A model generated the notes under the pieces. That model ran no database searches and was not told the origin of the DNA. It saw only the letters and a list, made by a program, of their open reading frames with translations. A stretch of DNA of 64,000 bases from NCBI GenBank assembly GCA_013239625.1, contig MU056558.1:2160553-2224552 (forward strand). The letters run 5' to 3'. This document shows, in pieces, positions 24,752-38,000 of the stretch. How positions within the stretch are numbered: the first letter of the stretch is position 1; every line of letters starts with the position of its first letter. The stretch is from Lama guanicoe. Lineage: Eukaryota. The translations under genes and the position numbers were made by a program.

Positions 24752-27699
24752 GTGAGTGAGACTCGCGCCCAAGCTGCCCTGGCTCTACGTGTGAATGGCG
24801 GGGCCATGGCAGTACTCATCCCAAAGGTGACTGACCAGGGGCTCTTGGTCTCGCCCTGAGAAGGCTGACCACAGCGAGGTCCCCAGATCTGCTCTGGGCC
24901 CAGACTTGTCAGCCAAAGCTTTTGGCCTGCATGATGCCTCCTCTGCAGGGCCAAGGAGGCACTGTGGGAGGGGAATGGGGGCCCCTGTGCTGTGGGGTGA
25001 GGCACAACCTCTGAGAAGGGCCTGCACGGGCGCCTAGCACGCACCACACTCCCAGATGCGCCCAGCACACATCTCTGTCTCAGCTCTGGGAGGGCAGGCA
25101 CCTCGGTTTGGAGCAGGGAAGACCCCTAGGGAGCCTCCCGCCCACCGAACCTGCCAGCTTCAGCCGCAGGATGCCTCGGCATAAGTGGTCTTCAGTTCAG
25201 GAGGTCAGAGGTGGTGCTTGACCCTCAAGGCCCTTTGCAGGGCTTCCCTGAGCAGTGTGATGCACTCACCGCTCCTCGTGGACCTGGGGCTAAGCAGGTA
25301 TAGGCGGGACCCACAGCCTCCAACCCTCCGATGTTTGTTGTAGTCACACATCCTGCTGACAGAGCCCCGGTGTGTAGGGCTCACACTGAGCACACGCCCC
25401 ACCTCTTGGGTGGCCGCTCTGGCCTTGGCAGGGGCATGTGGATGCCTCAGTGACATGGGCCAGCCCTGTCCTTAGCTCGTGGGCACTCAGTACTCCCTGC
25501 CTGTCCTCTCCACCACCCAGGCATCCAGCAGGACCAGTCCTGGCTGCTGAGGGCTACTGAGAGCCACCCAGAGGCCACAGGCCCCACGGGGACCCCTGTC
25601 CTAGCCTGCAGACATCTTGTGGTGGTCACCAACCCACAGACAAGGGGCGGGTGGGGAGTGCACACTGTCCCACCTGGTCCTTTGGTGCCTTTCCGTCCTC
25701 TTGCTGGGGCACCTGAGTCAGCTCCCCTTGGGCTGCTTCCGGCCAGTGCCACCTCCCCCTTGGGTCATATGTGTTGCCCCATTAGACTCAGTCCTCGAGC
25801 TGGAGCTCCCGTCACACCCACACACTGTCCAGGACCCAGCCTCACGCAGGTGTAGCCCAGGCCTGCTGCAGGGAGCGAGGGCACCTGCGCCTGGGGGTCC
25901 CGGGCCCACAGCCATCAGCCGCCCTGTTCTGAGCTGTCACTGCTGAGTGCTTTCAGAAACCTGCCCAATCCCAGGTGCCCCTGCTTCAGGGCACGCCAAG
26001 CACCTGACTGGCTACAGCGTCCGCTCACCAGGATCAGTAGCTGGATGGGATGTTCTGGCTTGGGCCACTGTTAGCAGGAGCCCAGCTTAGGCTTCCAGGA
26101 GGAAATGAAGCCACTTTGTTCCCTCTCTGGGCCTCAGTTTGTTTTTCTGTCAGTGGAAGTGGTGCCTGGCACTCGGCACCGCATGGGGCAGCGGCAGGGA
26201 CGCATCAGGACTGCAAGTGCTGGGTCGATATGCTCTCTTCTGGGGGCCTGGGCTGGCAGCACGCAGAAAGGGACACCCAGAGTGTCCATAGAGGCCACTG
26301 CCGGTCACTGCAGCTCTCCCAGAGTGTCTAATGTCCTTCCTGGCCTGGGGCCAAAGGCATGCAGCGACCTTGACAGGATTCTCCTCTGTGCCCGATGCCA
26401 GGATGTCTCTTTGCGTAGATTTGCTCACCCTGATCCCACGAGGTGGGTATCGCCCCCTTTCCTCACCCCTCCACATGTAGGCGAGCTCACTGAGACACAT
26501 GAAGCATCCGGGCGCAGAGCCAGCAGGATCTGGGGAGAGGGTCATCTGCCTCAGATTTGCCTCAACTGGAGACTAAGGAAAGGAGGGGAGGGCCCTCCCC
26601 TTTGGGCCGTGACTGAGCCACTGGTGGCCCCAAAGGGAGGCCACCTAGTGTCTTTGGGGACTCACCTCTTGGAACCTTACCTACCACTTTGACTCTGCAG
26701 CTCATTCTGGCTGGGCCAGGAGGACAGGTTGTGGGAACTCAGCACCCAGGCAAAGGCCGAGACCCAGCCACACCAGCAGGTCCCAGCTGTCCCTGCTGGA
26801 GGGCCCTGCGGCAGGCCCACGTGGCTCTGAGTCTTTCTTCTCTGAGTTCACACCCCAGAGGAAGTGGCTGCTTCTCTACTCCTCTTTATCTGTCCCAAGA
26901 GAGGCCTCACCCCATGAGAGGCTGGATCCAGCTGTGTTCTGGGGACCTTGAGGCAGTGGGGCCTGGCTGACCAGGGGCACCATGGTCAGGCCCCTACACG
27001 TCCAGATGCTGTGGCCTCAACCCTCCTGGGCCGCAGCATGACGTCTGCATCTCCTGGTTGCAGCTTTAGAGCAGGAGTGATCCCGGGAGTCTCACGGATG
27101 TTAATGCCAAGCCCAAATTGGTGATTTTATTTTTCTAGTGCTCACTTTGAAATGTAGCCAGCAGAATAATTATGAGTTTATTATAGTCAATTTATTATGC
27201 AGCATTTAGAATAACATGTTTTGTTGATTACTGCTCCTGCCAGATTGCTGGCGGCATTTATAATCCATTGTTTTATTGAAATTGATCTGCCGAGCGCCTA
27301 CTGTGTTCGGTAAATAATAAATCACTCTGTTATCCCAACATAAAAGTCACGATACTTCATCATAAGTTATGAAACCAAAATAGGAGCGTAGTGCAGAATT
27401 TTTCCTGAAGCTGAGTGTCTCGCATAGCCAGGACTGCTTCCAGGTACCTGTCGGGGTGGTATACTCTTGGTCCCAGTGCTTTGATGTCAGGTTAAAGTGC
27501 CCCGGAGATAGTTTGACACTTAGGAATGGGGTTGTTTGAGGGCCAGAGCTGGTCCAGGGCAGTCCGGCTCCACCGGAAAAGGTGGGGAATGGGTGCTGAG
27601 GGGCAGCCAGCCCTTCCCATCCCTCTCCCTTTGGTCCCAGATGTTCCCTAAACATAAAGGGTCTCTGGTTCAAGGCCCTGTCCTCTCCCCTCCCTAGCT

Positions 27700-27820
27700 G
27701 AGTGGCCACCCTCCCTGAGCCTCAGTTTCTTCATGCGTCACTGGAGATAAGAGAGCACCCAGTTCTGGGAGGATTCACTGATAATAAGGGCAAAACGTTG
27801 AGTGTGGAGCCTGGCACAGG
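27700..27820 (+). mobile_element. MIR fragment
   Basis: ccctgagcctcagtttcttcat...ggaggattc...gcctggcaca. Confidence 0.6.
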
Positions 27821-30800
27821 TGGCCTTTGGTGGGAGAGAGCTGCAACACGGCGTCTCCCCAGCAGCCCTCCTGTGCCCCCGAGGCCTGCCTTCAAGCAGC
27901 TGGTTCCAGGACAGAGACTGGTGGTGAGAGGCACTGGCAGAGCCAGGCCTAGTTTATTCACAGACAGCTCTCAGGTCACATGGTCGGCCTGCTCTGTGTT
28001 TCCAGCCCCCAAACTGTCCTCGGGTGTTTGAAGCTGGCCAGGCCCACCTTCCACACCTCTGTTCTTCCAATACCAGGAGCTTCCCAGGAGCTGGGCCAGG
28101 AAATCAGGGCCTATAAGTTAGATGTGGTGGTTCTTACTCCACGTCAGACTCATCACCCAAGAGCTGAAAAGAGTATTTTGAGTACCTGGCACCACACCAG
28201 ACCCTCGGGCCTCTCCCCATCTCTCTTGGCTGGATGCTGCCCCACTTGCTCCCCATGGACCCCCAGGTGGGGAACTGGACTTTGATGTGGCCTCAGGTCC
28301 CCGCTGCCCTTTCTCTTGGCGGGTTCAGAGGCACAGGGTCCCTCGTGAGGCCTCTCGGGGCTATTCTGTTGCCTCTGAGAGCCCTTTTTTCTGTGGCCCT
28401 CGGGGTTCACCAGAAACCCCATCAGCCAGTCACTGTCCTAGAGAAGCCATTAGTTGCTTTTTGTTCTCGTTTTAAGGCAAGCAGGCAGACCTTCTGAAAC
28501 AGTGTTACAGAAGGGTGGAGAAGGGTGGCGCACTTCTTGTGAATGCTCTTCCCGTGCCCACACAAGGGACGGTGTCTAAAGTCCTTGGAGGCCCTTTCTG
28601 GATGGGAGCCCCAGGAACGCCCCCCCTCCGCCACATACATGCAATCAACCCTGACCTGGTGGGTGTGAGCACAGGTGTGGACAGACTTACCACCCCCACC
28701 CTGATCGGCCTCTGAGCCCTTGTGCACTGCCCTGTCCTCCCAGTCTGGGCTTTGGAAACCAGTCTCCAAGGTGGGTAGAGGCTCTAAGGGCTGATGCACT
28801 GCCCATGGACCACCAGGGAGCTCCACTGGTGTCTTAAGTCCAGCCAGAAGGAGTGCACCCAGAGTTGGACCCACTCTTGAGCTGAACTCCCCGCCTCCCT
28901 TGGGTCCAGTGGTAGGCTCACCCTGGGGGGTAGGGGTGGGGAGGGTCCAGGCTGTGCCTTCAGTGGACTCTTACTTGGAAAACAGCGGGGACACCCCTCC
29001 TCACCTGCCACTTCCTCCTTCTCCCACCATCTGATCAGGTGGCAGGGTAAGTGGTTCCTAGGGTAGGGTACCCTGGGGCCCCTCTCAGAACCTTCTAGAT
29101 GCCCCAGGCTAAGGATGCTCAGGCCTGGGTTGCCCAGCTGCAGAGAGGATGTGGCTGGAGGGTGGCAAGCCGGACCTCCCAGCACTGGCCAGAAGAGGGC
29201 AGTGTTGCCTCAGGACGTGCCTGCCAGGCTCCTCCCTGCTGGCAGTGGTCCCTGTGTCCTGGGGCATGGGAGCGGGGCGGCCAGCCCAGCTAGTCAGGGA
29301 GAGGCCTGTCCTAGCCCCACGCTAAGCAGCCAGCCAGTGTCATCTCCTCTCCTTCCCTGTCGGGGGACTAGGGCCCCTTCTGTCTCCTTGCCCTGATAAT
29401 GGTCAGCCTGAAGCCGTGGCCTTGCCCTGCTGACCGGCGGAGGGCGGACACTGCTCACGTGGACCAAAAAGCCCAGAGAAATGAGGGATTTCCTCCCAGG
29501 GAAGCCCCAGGAGGCACACAGCGTTGCTGGCGTGTGGATGCTACGTGCTCCCTGATTCGAGGTGTCGTCAGGCCCTCCTGCAAGGCTGCCCGAGCCACCC
29601 CGTCCTTTCCTCCCACAGATAAGGAGATGGGCCCGTGAGGGGTCACGCCTGAGCAGGCTCTCTCCCCACCTGGCCACCCTTTTCCTGCCACCGGCAGTGT
29701 TACCAGCCAGCTCCTTCCTGCTCTGGTCTCGTGTTAGTTCCCTGTTAATTCCACAGGTTTGCTGTGGACTAGACGTTAGTTTAAACTGCTGGGGAAGCTC
29801 GCCCCTCCGTCCTGGGCCCCTGTGCCTCGGGGAGCAGCGTGTGTCTCCTCACAGACATCCCGCTCTGACCCCTGCAGGCTGTGGGATGCCGGCTGCTCAC
29901 CCAGGGCCTGGGCAGCCCTCTTGGCATCTTAGGCTCCGCGGGCTGGGATGGGACGACCTGCCGGCTCCTGGCTCCTCCTTGGTCTGATGTCTGTCTGGCA
30001 TCTGTGTGCTGCTGCCCCGTGGCGGGGCAAGTCTGTGCCTGGGGCTCCTCCCCAGCTGGCAGAGGGGCTGCCCTGAGGCCTTGGTCAGCTTTAGAGTGAG
30101 TGTCACCTCCAGGCCCAACTCCCTGATGTCAGGCCCAGCCCACACTTCACCCACTCTCCAACCTTGCTGTGTCCTCAGAGGACACCTCAGCTGTCACCAG
30201 CCAGCCCCATCCTGAAGATTTGATGGTCTTAAGTACATGCCCCAGTCCTAGGGGCAGGAGAACCCTCAGGAGGGCACTGGCCCTGGTCAGCCGCCTGTCC
30301 AGACCCGTGGCCGTGGCCTTCAACCTGCCGCACAGGATGAAGCGCCCCTTACAGTCTAACCCAGCAGCGTGCACGTAGATACACCTAGAGGATAACCAGG
30401 CACCCTCACCTTGGGGTTTCTGGCCGTCCTGTTTCATCTGTTTGTGCCCCTCCCCCACACCCCACGCATTTGACGTCACAACCCACAGTGTGAAAGCACC
30501 AGTGCAGACAGCCCGCGTGCTCACAGACACCACGGGACACTGCTTACCCCAAAAGTGGAACGAGTCATGTGCTGTGCGCGTGACGCCGACTCACTGCCTC
30601 CCCCGCGGAGGCCGCTGCCCCGACACCCAGCCCTCGCCCCACTGCGCTGTGGCGGCAGCAAGCCCCGGGGTGAGTGGCTGCCATGTCCCATCCCCAGATC
30701 AGGCCGGGTCCCGCGTCGTGTCCTTCCCGGGGACGTGGCCCACACTGGTGTTCTGCTTCTCCACACGTCATCCGTAGAAAGGTAGCAGCAGCTCCATGCC

Positions 30801-32619
30801 CACACACAGGGGCCCCACAGCCTGCCTGCTCTTGTCACCGTGTGCACCGGGGACTGCTGGCTCTGAGGGTCCAGGGGCTCGTTTGCTTGGGTGACTCCCG
30901 TCTGCCCAGGCCCCACAGGAGCAGCTGTCCCGTAGCTGGGTTGGGGAGCAGGGATGCCCAGAAGGCACTGGGGAGAGGTCGACTTGGTGAGTCAGTCTGT
31001 GGCGCTGAGGGAGCCTCCAGGGCTCCGAGTGGTGGCCTTTGCCCCACTGGTCACACCTGGAGGTCAGCACTGCACTGAAGGTCTGGCTAGGAGTGGGCGG
31101 GCGTCTGGGGGGATGCTCACTGTGGCACACGATCGGGAAAGTGACCGGTATGCCTTCCTCTGTATCTCACGCGGAGATCTGGAGAGAAGCAGGAGTTTCC
31201 TGCAGCTTAGAAATCCCCCAGCCTGGTCTGGAGTGCAGACTGGGTGGGGTACAGGTTGGGGTCTGAAATGCTCCTGCCGTGGTGGGTAAGTCTGTGAGTG
31301 CGCACATGCTTGCACGCACGCGCGCTCAGTGCCAGGCTGTGGGGAGAGGTAGCTGAGAGTCAGGCCACAACCCTGAAGATTAAAATGAAGCAGCAGACTG
31401 AGTGCACAGTGGTCCTTGTGTAAACACCACCGCATTTCTCCCAAACTCTTCCCAAGGCTTCTATGACTGGCTCAGCCATCTCATAGGCCTTCTGCCTGTG
31501 GGCTGGCTGGTCCCTGCGGTGCAGCCAAGGCAGCTGGGGAGGGCCTGGGTGGGCCAGTGGTGGCAGGTAGCCCAGGCCTGAAGCTGCCCAGGAGAAGCCA
31601 ACGGAAGACAGAACCTCTCCTCCCAGCCAGAAATAGAACCAGATGAGTACATGTGAGGCATGAGACGCCAGCATATTGCTCGGAGATGTGTAATATCTCC
31701 CCAGATGGTTTACATTATCACACGCGTTCACTCTGCCAAAGATGGTAGGGTCCCCGGTGGGTGTCCCCCGGCAGCCAGGGAGGAGGGATCCTGCATTCTC
31801 GATGGAGCCAAAGTATGAGCGAATCCTCCATTGTCAGCGTGCGTCCAGAGGACGGATGGAGTGGACACAGAGGAGCTGGAGGGAGATGATTTATGAAAGA
31901 GATGGCTTTTATCCCTGGATTCCAGAATGGCTTGAATCTGAATAACTTATACATGTAGGAACTCTGCGGGGGATTAAAAAAAAAGCAGAAAAAGATAGGG
32001 AACTGAGAACACGAAAATAGACCAGCCCCATGCTGGGCGTCGCTGGGCAGGATGGAGCTGGCCGGCTGGCTGTACACTTCCTTCTCCAGAAAGCGGATGA
32101 TTCTAATACAGAAAAATACAGCTGAAGTCTTCTAGAATCTGCATGATAAAGTCAGGCTGGCCCAGGAGCTCCAGCATCTACCTTCCCACGTTCTTTCTGT
32201 GTTTTTGAGGAGAGTTTGGAGACCCTGCGGGAGTGTCGTCTGCCCTGGGGAAGAATCTAGTTTTCAGTGCTCTTGTGGGCTCCCTGGCTTTTTAAACAGT
32301 TCAATTTCTGTTTCTCTTTGAGATCTGCACAGTCCGATAGAACTTCCTGCCCAGGGGGTACTGATGCAGGTTGTCCTGTGATGTGGTGGCCCCTAGGAGT
32401 CTGTGTCCCCACGCTCCTGGCTCAGTCCTGTCTGCTTGGGCCATTCCTGGATGTTCTGAAACAACAAACCACAAACTGTTTTCCTTTGTTGCCTCTGAGG
32501 AGCCCAAACGAGAATGCTCTGCCCGCTGAGTGAAACTGGGCTGCGGCCCCACGAGGTTCCGCTCCCCACAGCTGCCTGCACGTGGGCCCTGGAGGACGAG
32601 AACCTCCAGCGATGGTGGC

Positions 32620-32710
32620 GTCCCCATTTTAAAAGTGGAAAAACTGAGGCCCTGAAAGCTGATTACCAGAGCCAGGACAGGAGAGCCCATCGCTGGGACC
32701 TGGGACTTTG
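32620..32710 (-). mobile_element. MIR fragment
   Basis: ccccattttaaaagtggaaaaactgaggccc is the reverse MIR core. Confidence 0.55.
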
Positions 32711-34891
32711 CTGGACCAGTGTTCAGAGGCTCAGTTTCTCTGCAGTTCAGGGCTAAGATATGCCCCGCCCTCCTGGCCAGTTCTGGGGGGAGTGTGCCCC
32801 GGGCAGGAGGGAACCTGCAGACAGCTGTCGGCCCAAACACCCTGGTGCATCTGGAACCTCCGGAGGAGCAGATGCCTGGGCGTGTCTGCTCAGGGCCTCT
32901 CCCGCTGCTGCATACTCGGCTCCCTCCCCAGGCTCTCGCCCCAGGCCGAGTGAGTCCCCTGAAGTGAGGCCCAGCTGCCCTCCGCTGGCCCGCCCCAGGC
33001 ATGGTCCCCCAGAGCCCATGGCTTTGAGCCAACCCGAAGTCCCCCTGCTGTGCTGGTGGGGCTCGTCCCCTCCCCCTGAGAATCACCTGAGTTGTTATCT
33101 AGTGCTTTTTGCGCTGTTGACACCATTTATGGTGTTTTGCGATTGGAAAAAGACAGGAGATTAAAAGGCGCCTGAGTGAGGACTTTGGATTCCAGTGGTA
33201 TGTCTGGGGATCCTGAGCGTTCACAGTTTCCGCTGAGAAACCTGTTTCTGTGGAGTCGCGGGTGCTACCCTCCAGCTGCAGGGCCTGATGCCTTGCTCCA
33301 CTTGTAGGGCTGGTCGTGAGGGGTAGGGGTCCCCAGAGACGGGCACACAGGCAGCTTCTGGAATATCTGTTGAGCCGTTGTGTTTACCATTAGAACTTGG
33401 GTTTGGGTGAGAGGCCCTTGTCATGGGAGGCGTGGCTCTGCCCCTACCCCTACCCGTTACCGCCCCGCCCCACCATGGCCCCAGCTCAGATTTGCCAGGA
33501 TTTGTGCGGCTGCAGACTGTCCTCCACGGGAGTCTGAGCTGATGACAGAGCCAGGCATGGAGCAGAGCTGGGCTCCAGCCGGTCGCAGAGGGCAGCCGCC
33601 ACTACCTCTGCCCAACCTGCTTCTGTGGTCGCCTGGTCTTGAAGACAGCAGGGGGCTGGGCCCGGGGCTGGACTGATGTCCCTCAGTTGGTTTTGTCACC
33701 ATAAGCATTTTGACTTGGCCATGACCCCGTGAAGGGTAGGGGGGATGGTGGGGCCCCTCTCTGTGCCTGCTGTCAAGCAGCCTGCTGGGGTGGGGCAGGA
33801 CGGGGAGACCCTCAGTCTGTGCACCCCACTCCTTTTATCCTGGGCGCCCAACTACATGGGTGACCCAGTGGGAGCCAGGCTTGGACCCGGCAGCCCCTCC
33901 CTTATTTTGTCTCATCCCACTTGCTTGGGGCAGGATCCTTACCTGCCCTGGACCACGTGCACACGGTCAGGCAGCAGTGAGGCTCAGCCCGCCGCACTGG
34001 GGCCCTGTCACGGGGTGTCCAGAGGGCAGGCTCAGCTCGGCCTTTCTCCTGACTCAGCAGCCCTGCCTCTCTGTCCCGGCACCGTCCTGCCTCTGCTGGC
34101 TCGTGCTCCCAGCTCCTGGCTTCCGTCCTCCACTCTCCTCTCCCGCCTTCTGTGCCGCCTGGTCTCCCCTCTGCCACCTGGGGATGCTGGGGGCCAAGTG
34201 GCCCCCGAGTCGGGCTTGTCTGGCTGAGCCCCAGGAAAGCCCTGCTGGACATGAGGGCTGTCCTCTGCCACCCTCTCCCTGCCTTTCCCTCAGGCCCCAT
34301 GGAGCACACTGTCCCACCCCAGTGGGGAGAGGGCCACGCTCTTCTGGCCAAGGGAGCCCTGGAGCTGGAGCAGAGCTGTCAGCTGGGTTTTCACGGGGAC
34401 ACTGGGGCCTGTGAGAGGCAGGCCATGCAGCTCAGCCCACATCCTCTGTCAGGGGGTGCATCTGTCCTGAGGCCCCATCCAGATCCTATGAGCATTGCCC
34501 TGGGAGCTGCAGCCGTGCTGGGTGCAGGGTGGCCCCAGGACCTGGTCAGAGTGTGCCGGGGGGCCTGGAGACATTTCTGCCTCTCCCTCAGGTGGGGTCC
34601 CTAAAGCCGGGCATCCAGAGGCCTGGCCAGCAGAGGCCATGGAGGGTGAGGTGTACGGGCAGTGTGGGCAGAGCCCGCCCTCCCTGCTCTGAGGCTGGAG
34701 GTCTCCCAGCCCCTTTGCTGCTCACTCATCGTGAGGAGACATCAGAGTCGGAGGGCCCCAGGCTGCTGCCTGCATCAGCCATATTTCGAGAAGGCTCGGG
34801 CTTGGTCCCCTTGTGCACTGAGCAAGCGCCTTTTCGGGGAGGGGGGTTCCCCCGAGCGTCCCACCTGCCTCATGCCCCGCCCTCCCTACAG

Positions 34892-35040
34892 CCTGTTCGA
34901 CATGGGGGGTGAGTACTACTGCTTTGCTTCCGACATCACGTGCTCCTTTCCCGCCAACGGCAAGTTCACCGAGGACCAGAAGGCCATCTATGAGGCGGTG
35001 CTGCGGAGCTGCCGGGCCGTCATGCGCGCCATGAAGCCAG
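34892..35040 (+). CDS. PEPD: Prolidase coding exon 12, 149 bp
   Basis: Acceptor cctccctacag, donor gtgagg. Translates (C)[49 protein letters not shown](G), with both Mn-binding Asp residues (D276, D287 in human). Visible within ORF 34662..35171. Confidence 0.98.
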
Positions 35041-38000
35041 GTGAGGGCGGCGGCGGGGCCTGCGAGGAGGACCACCTGGCATGGGGATACGGGTGGCTGG
35101 GTGGCAGGGCACCTCTAAGAAGCAGGACCCGCACTCTGCAACCTAAATCTATTGTCCCCTCTCGTGTGTAGCCAGTAAGGTTCCAGATGGTGTCAGGTCC
35201 CCAGGGCCACTCCTGGGAAAGAGGGCTGACCACTGAGGAGGGACAGAGCTAGGGGTGGGGGCCCTCAGCCCAGGGCCACCCACGTCCCATATGACCTTCT
35301 CTACCTGCACATCTCCATGCCCACACTGGCCAGTGGGATGTCAGCCCCATCACCTGTCTTGTCCCAAAACAGAGTCCACTCCGGAGAGGGCTTGGCCAGC
35401 ATGGACACTGGCATCCAGTTGGGTGTGGAGCACCCTCTTGTTTGGGGCCAACGGCTGAGGTGGGGTTGGTGGAGCCAAGTGTCTGGGGAAGCTGAGCCGG
35501 GACTGTGGGGCCATCTGGGGTCTGGCGAGACAGGCTCTGAAGTCTGGACTCTGAGTTCATGCCGAAGAGAGGCAGTTAGATTTCCATGAAGCTTTTATTC
35601 ACAAAAAGAAGAAGAAAAGATCTCGAGCTCCCAAAGTAAAAGTCCCCACATGTGGCCCCTCGCAGGCCCAGAACCCGATGGCTTGGCCTGTTACCTGATG
35701 GCCAGTTGTCGCTGGCCAAGTGCTCGTTGTGAAGGTCCTCAGCAGCTGCCGCCTTCAGGGAAGGCAAATTGTGAGCAGGGCTTTCTGGACGCCCCACTCC
35801 GCCTTGGGGCCCACCAGAGGCCAGGGAGCCATGGAGGGACGCTGGGGGAACACCAGGCCCAGCCCCACACCCTCGCGTGTCCAGTGGGAACAGAGTTTGG
35901 TGATCAGATAAACCCACGGATGGGGAACTCAGGTACACCCCGAAAGGGGGACGATGATGGAACCCCCAGAGCTAAGCTCCTGATGGGTGGCAGTGTCTGT
36001 GGGACTTGCCTGGTTCAGTGATCACGGAAGGAAACAGCAGCTTGTGCTGGTTGCGTTTAAAAAGCGTGCCCCCCCCACAAGGAGGCGTTAATGCAGGCCC
36101 AGAATGTGTCCCCTGTGACCTATAAAGCCCAGCTCTGTGGAACAGGGGCACTTCTCCTTCTCTTCCCCTTGCATCCTTGCTTCACACCAGGGAGAGAAGG
36201 AATAGAAGGTTCTGCTCAGCTTTGAACATCAGTCACTTAAGTGATAAACATTTCAGATGCTACAAAAGGCTTGGGCTGATCAGAGAAGGTGTGTGGCCCT
36301 GGAGGAGGGCGCTGGCCCGGGACAGCCTCTGAGTGAGCCTCGTGACCTCTGTGCACCCAAGAGCCATGGAGGTCCCTCTGGGAGCATGGAGTGGGCCTGC
36401 GTGGACACGAGCCTGCCGCTGGTCTGCAGTACAGAAGGATGGAGGGCTGTCTACCATGCTGCAGGCTCAAGACGATGGGGCAGGCAGAGTGGGGCCAAGA
36501 CATGGCCAGTGGTTGGTGGGGAGGGTTGGCGGGAAGTGGGGATTTGGAGGGACAGTGTCTCCCCTGGGGCTCTTTGTTCACCTCAGAACTCTGTCTTTGG
36601 GCCCCTGGCACTTAGCCCGGGCCCGGTGCTGAAATGAGGTGGTGGCCAAGGCCTGGCCGACCCCACACCCCCACCCACCCATAGGAAAGCCTGCTGGGGC
36701 CTGAGCAGGACCAGGGTGGCACCTCCCAGCTGGTGTCCTGGCCAGCTAGATTGGCCAACAAAGCAACCACAGTTCTGCTCAGAAAGTGGCTAGGCACAGA
36801 GAAGTCCCCAGGGCCCCATGCTGTGCTGAAAAGGTGCACGGTCCACCTGGTGCGTGGTCCTGGTGCCCCAGTCCTGTGGGACTGCCTGGCCATGTCACTT
36901 TGGATGTAGTCATTGGGCCTCAGGCCCAGCCAGGCCACACTCAGCTGAGCTGGTCCCTGCAGACTGTGGGGCAGGGCCCCCCTCCGCCCCCACCAGCACA
37001 CTGCGGGCACAGACCTGACCTGGACTGGGGCCTCAAGGTTCCCTTGGGTGCGGAGATAGAGCAGAGCCCCCACAGAACCCCTCCACCCCCTACCTAGTAT
37101 GTTAAGATTGTGACATACTGTTCCCTGCGGGTCACATGCGGTGCAGGCCCGGCGGGGTGGGGGTCCTGTGCCCACAGAGCTGCTCTCAGATGGGGGTGGG
37201 TCGCCTCCCCATAGCAGCGCGGAGGCCGTGGCCAGGTCAGCCCCATGCCCTGACCTAGCGGAAATGCCCCTGGTTTGTGGGTTCGGCTCCCGGGCCAAGA
37301 CAAACACCCACTGAGACTGCAGGACTGCTTCGTGCGCCGTCCAGGGAAGAGTAAATAAAGACAGCCGGGGTCACAGCAAGATGCCCAGAGGAGAGGCAGA
37401 GGCGAGTGCCGAGTACACGGATCCTGGGGTACGGCCCTGGAGTCGTGGAAGGCAGGCCTGGGGTCAGAGGGGAGCGCCCGTCCCTCACCGCCACTCAAAG
37501 ACGGCCAGGGACGGAGGGCTGGGCGCACTCAGGGACCACATGAGGGTGGGCAGGGGTGGTCTGGGCAACTGCGGCACCTGGGAGACCGCTACCCGCACCG
37601 GCCCTGCGGGAGGGGACCCCGTGGGTCTGCGCTGGCTTCCAGCTGGGTGGAACTGAAACTCTCCAAGGCTTCCATGTCAGGGCAGGCGACCACCCGTGCA
37701 GACCTCCTGTCTCCACAGGCACACAGAGAGACCCCTGGCCCTCAGGAGGGGAGGAGGTGCTGTAGGGAGCACTGGCACCAGAGGTGGAGTCGGCTGGCCA
37801 CAGGCAGGGCCATTCTGCAGACTGTCCCTCCAGCCACCATGAAACAGAGGTCACCTCTAAGCACCCAGGCCTCTTGTAGCCTTGCACTTCAGCACCCAGT
37901 GCCAGTGTGTCTCTCTCTCCTCACCTGCCCATCCCGGCCTCCCTCTCCTAGGGCTGTGGGTTCCCACCCTCCTGAACCCCCAACTCGAGCCCCCACCTAG

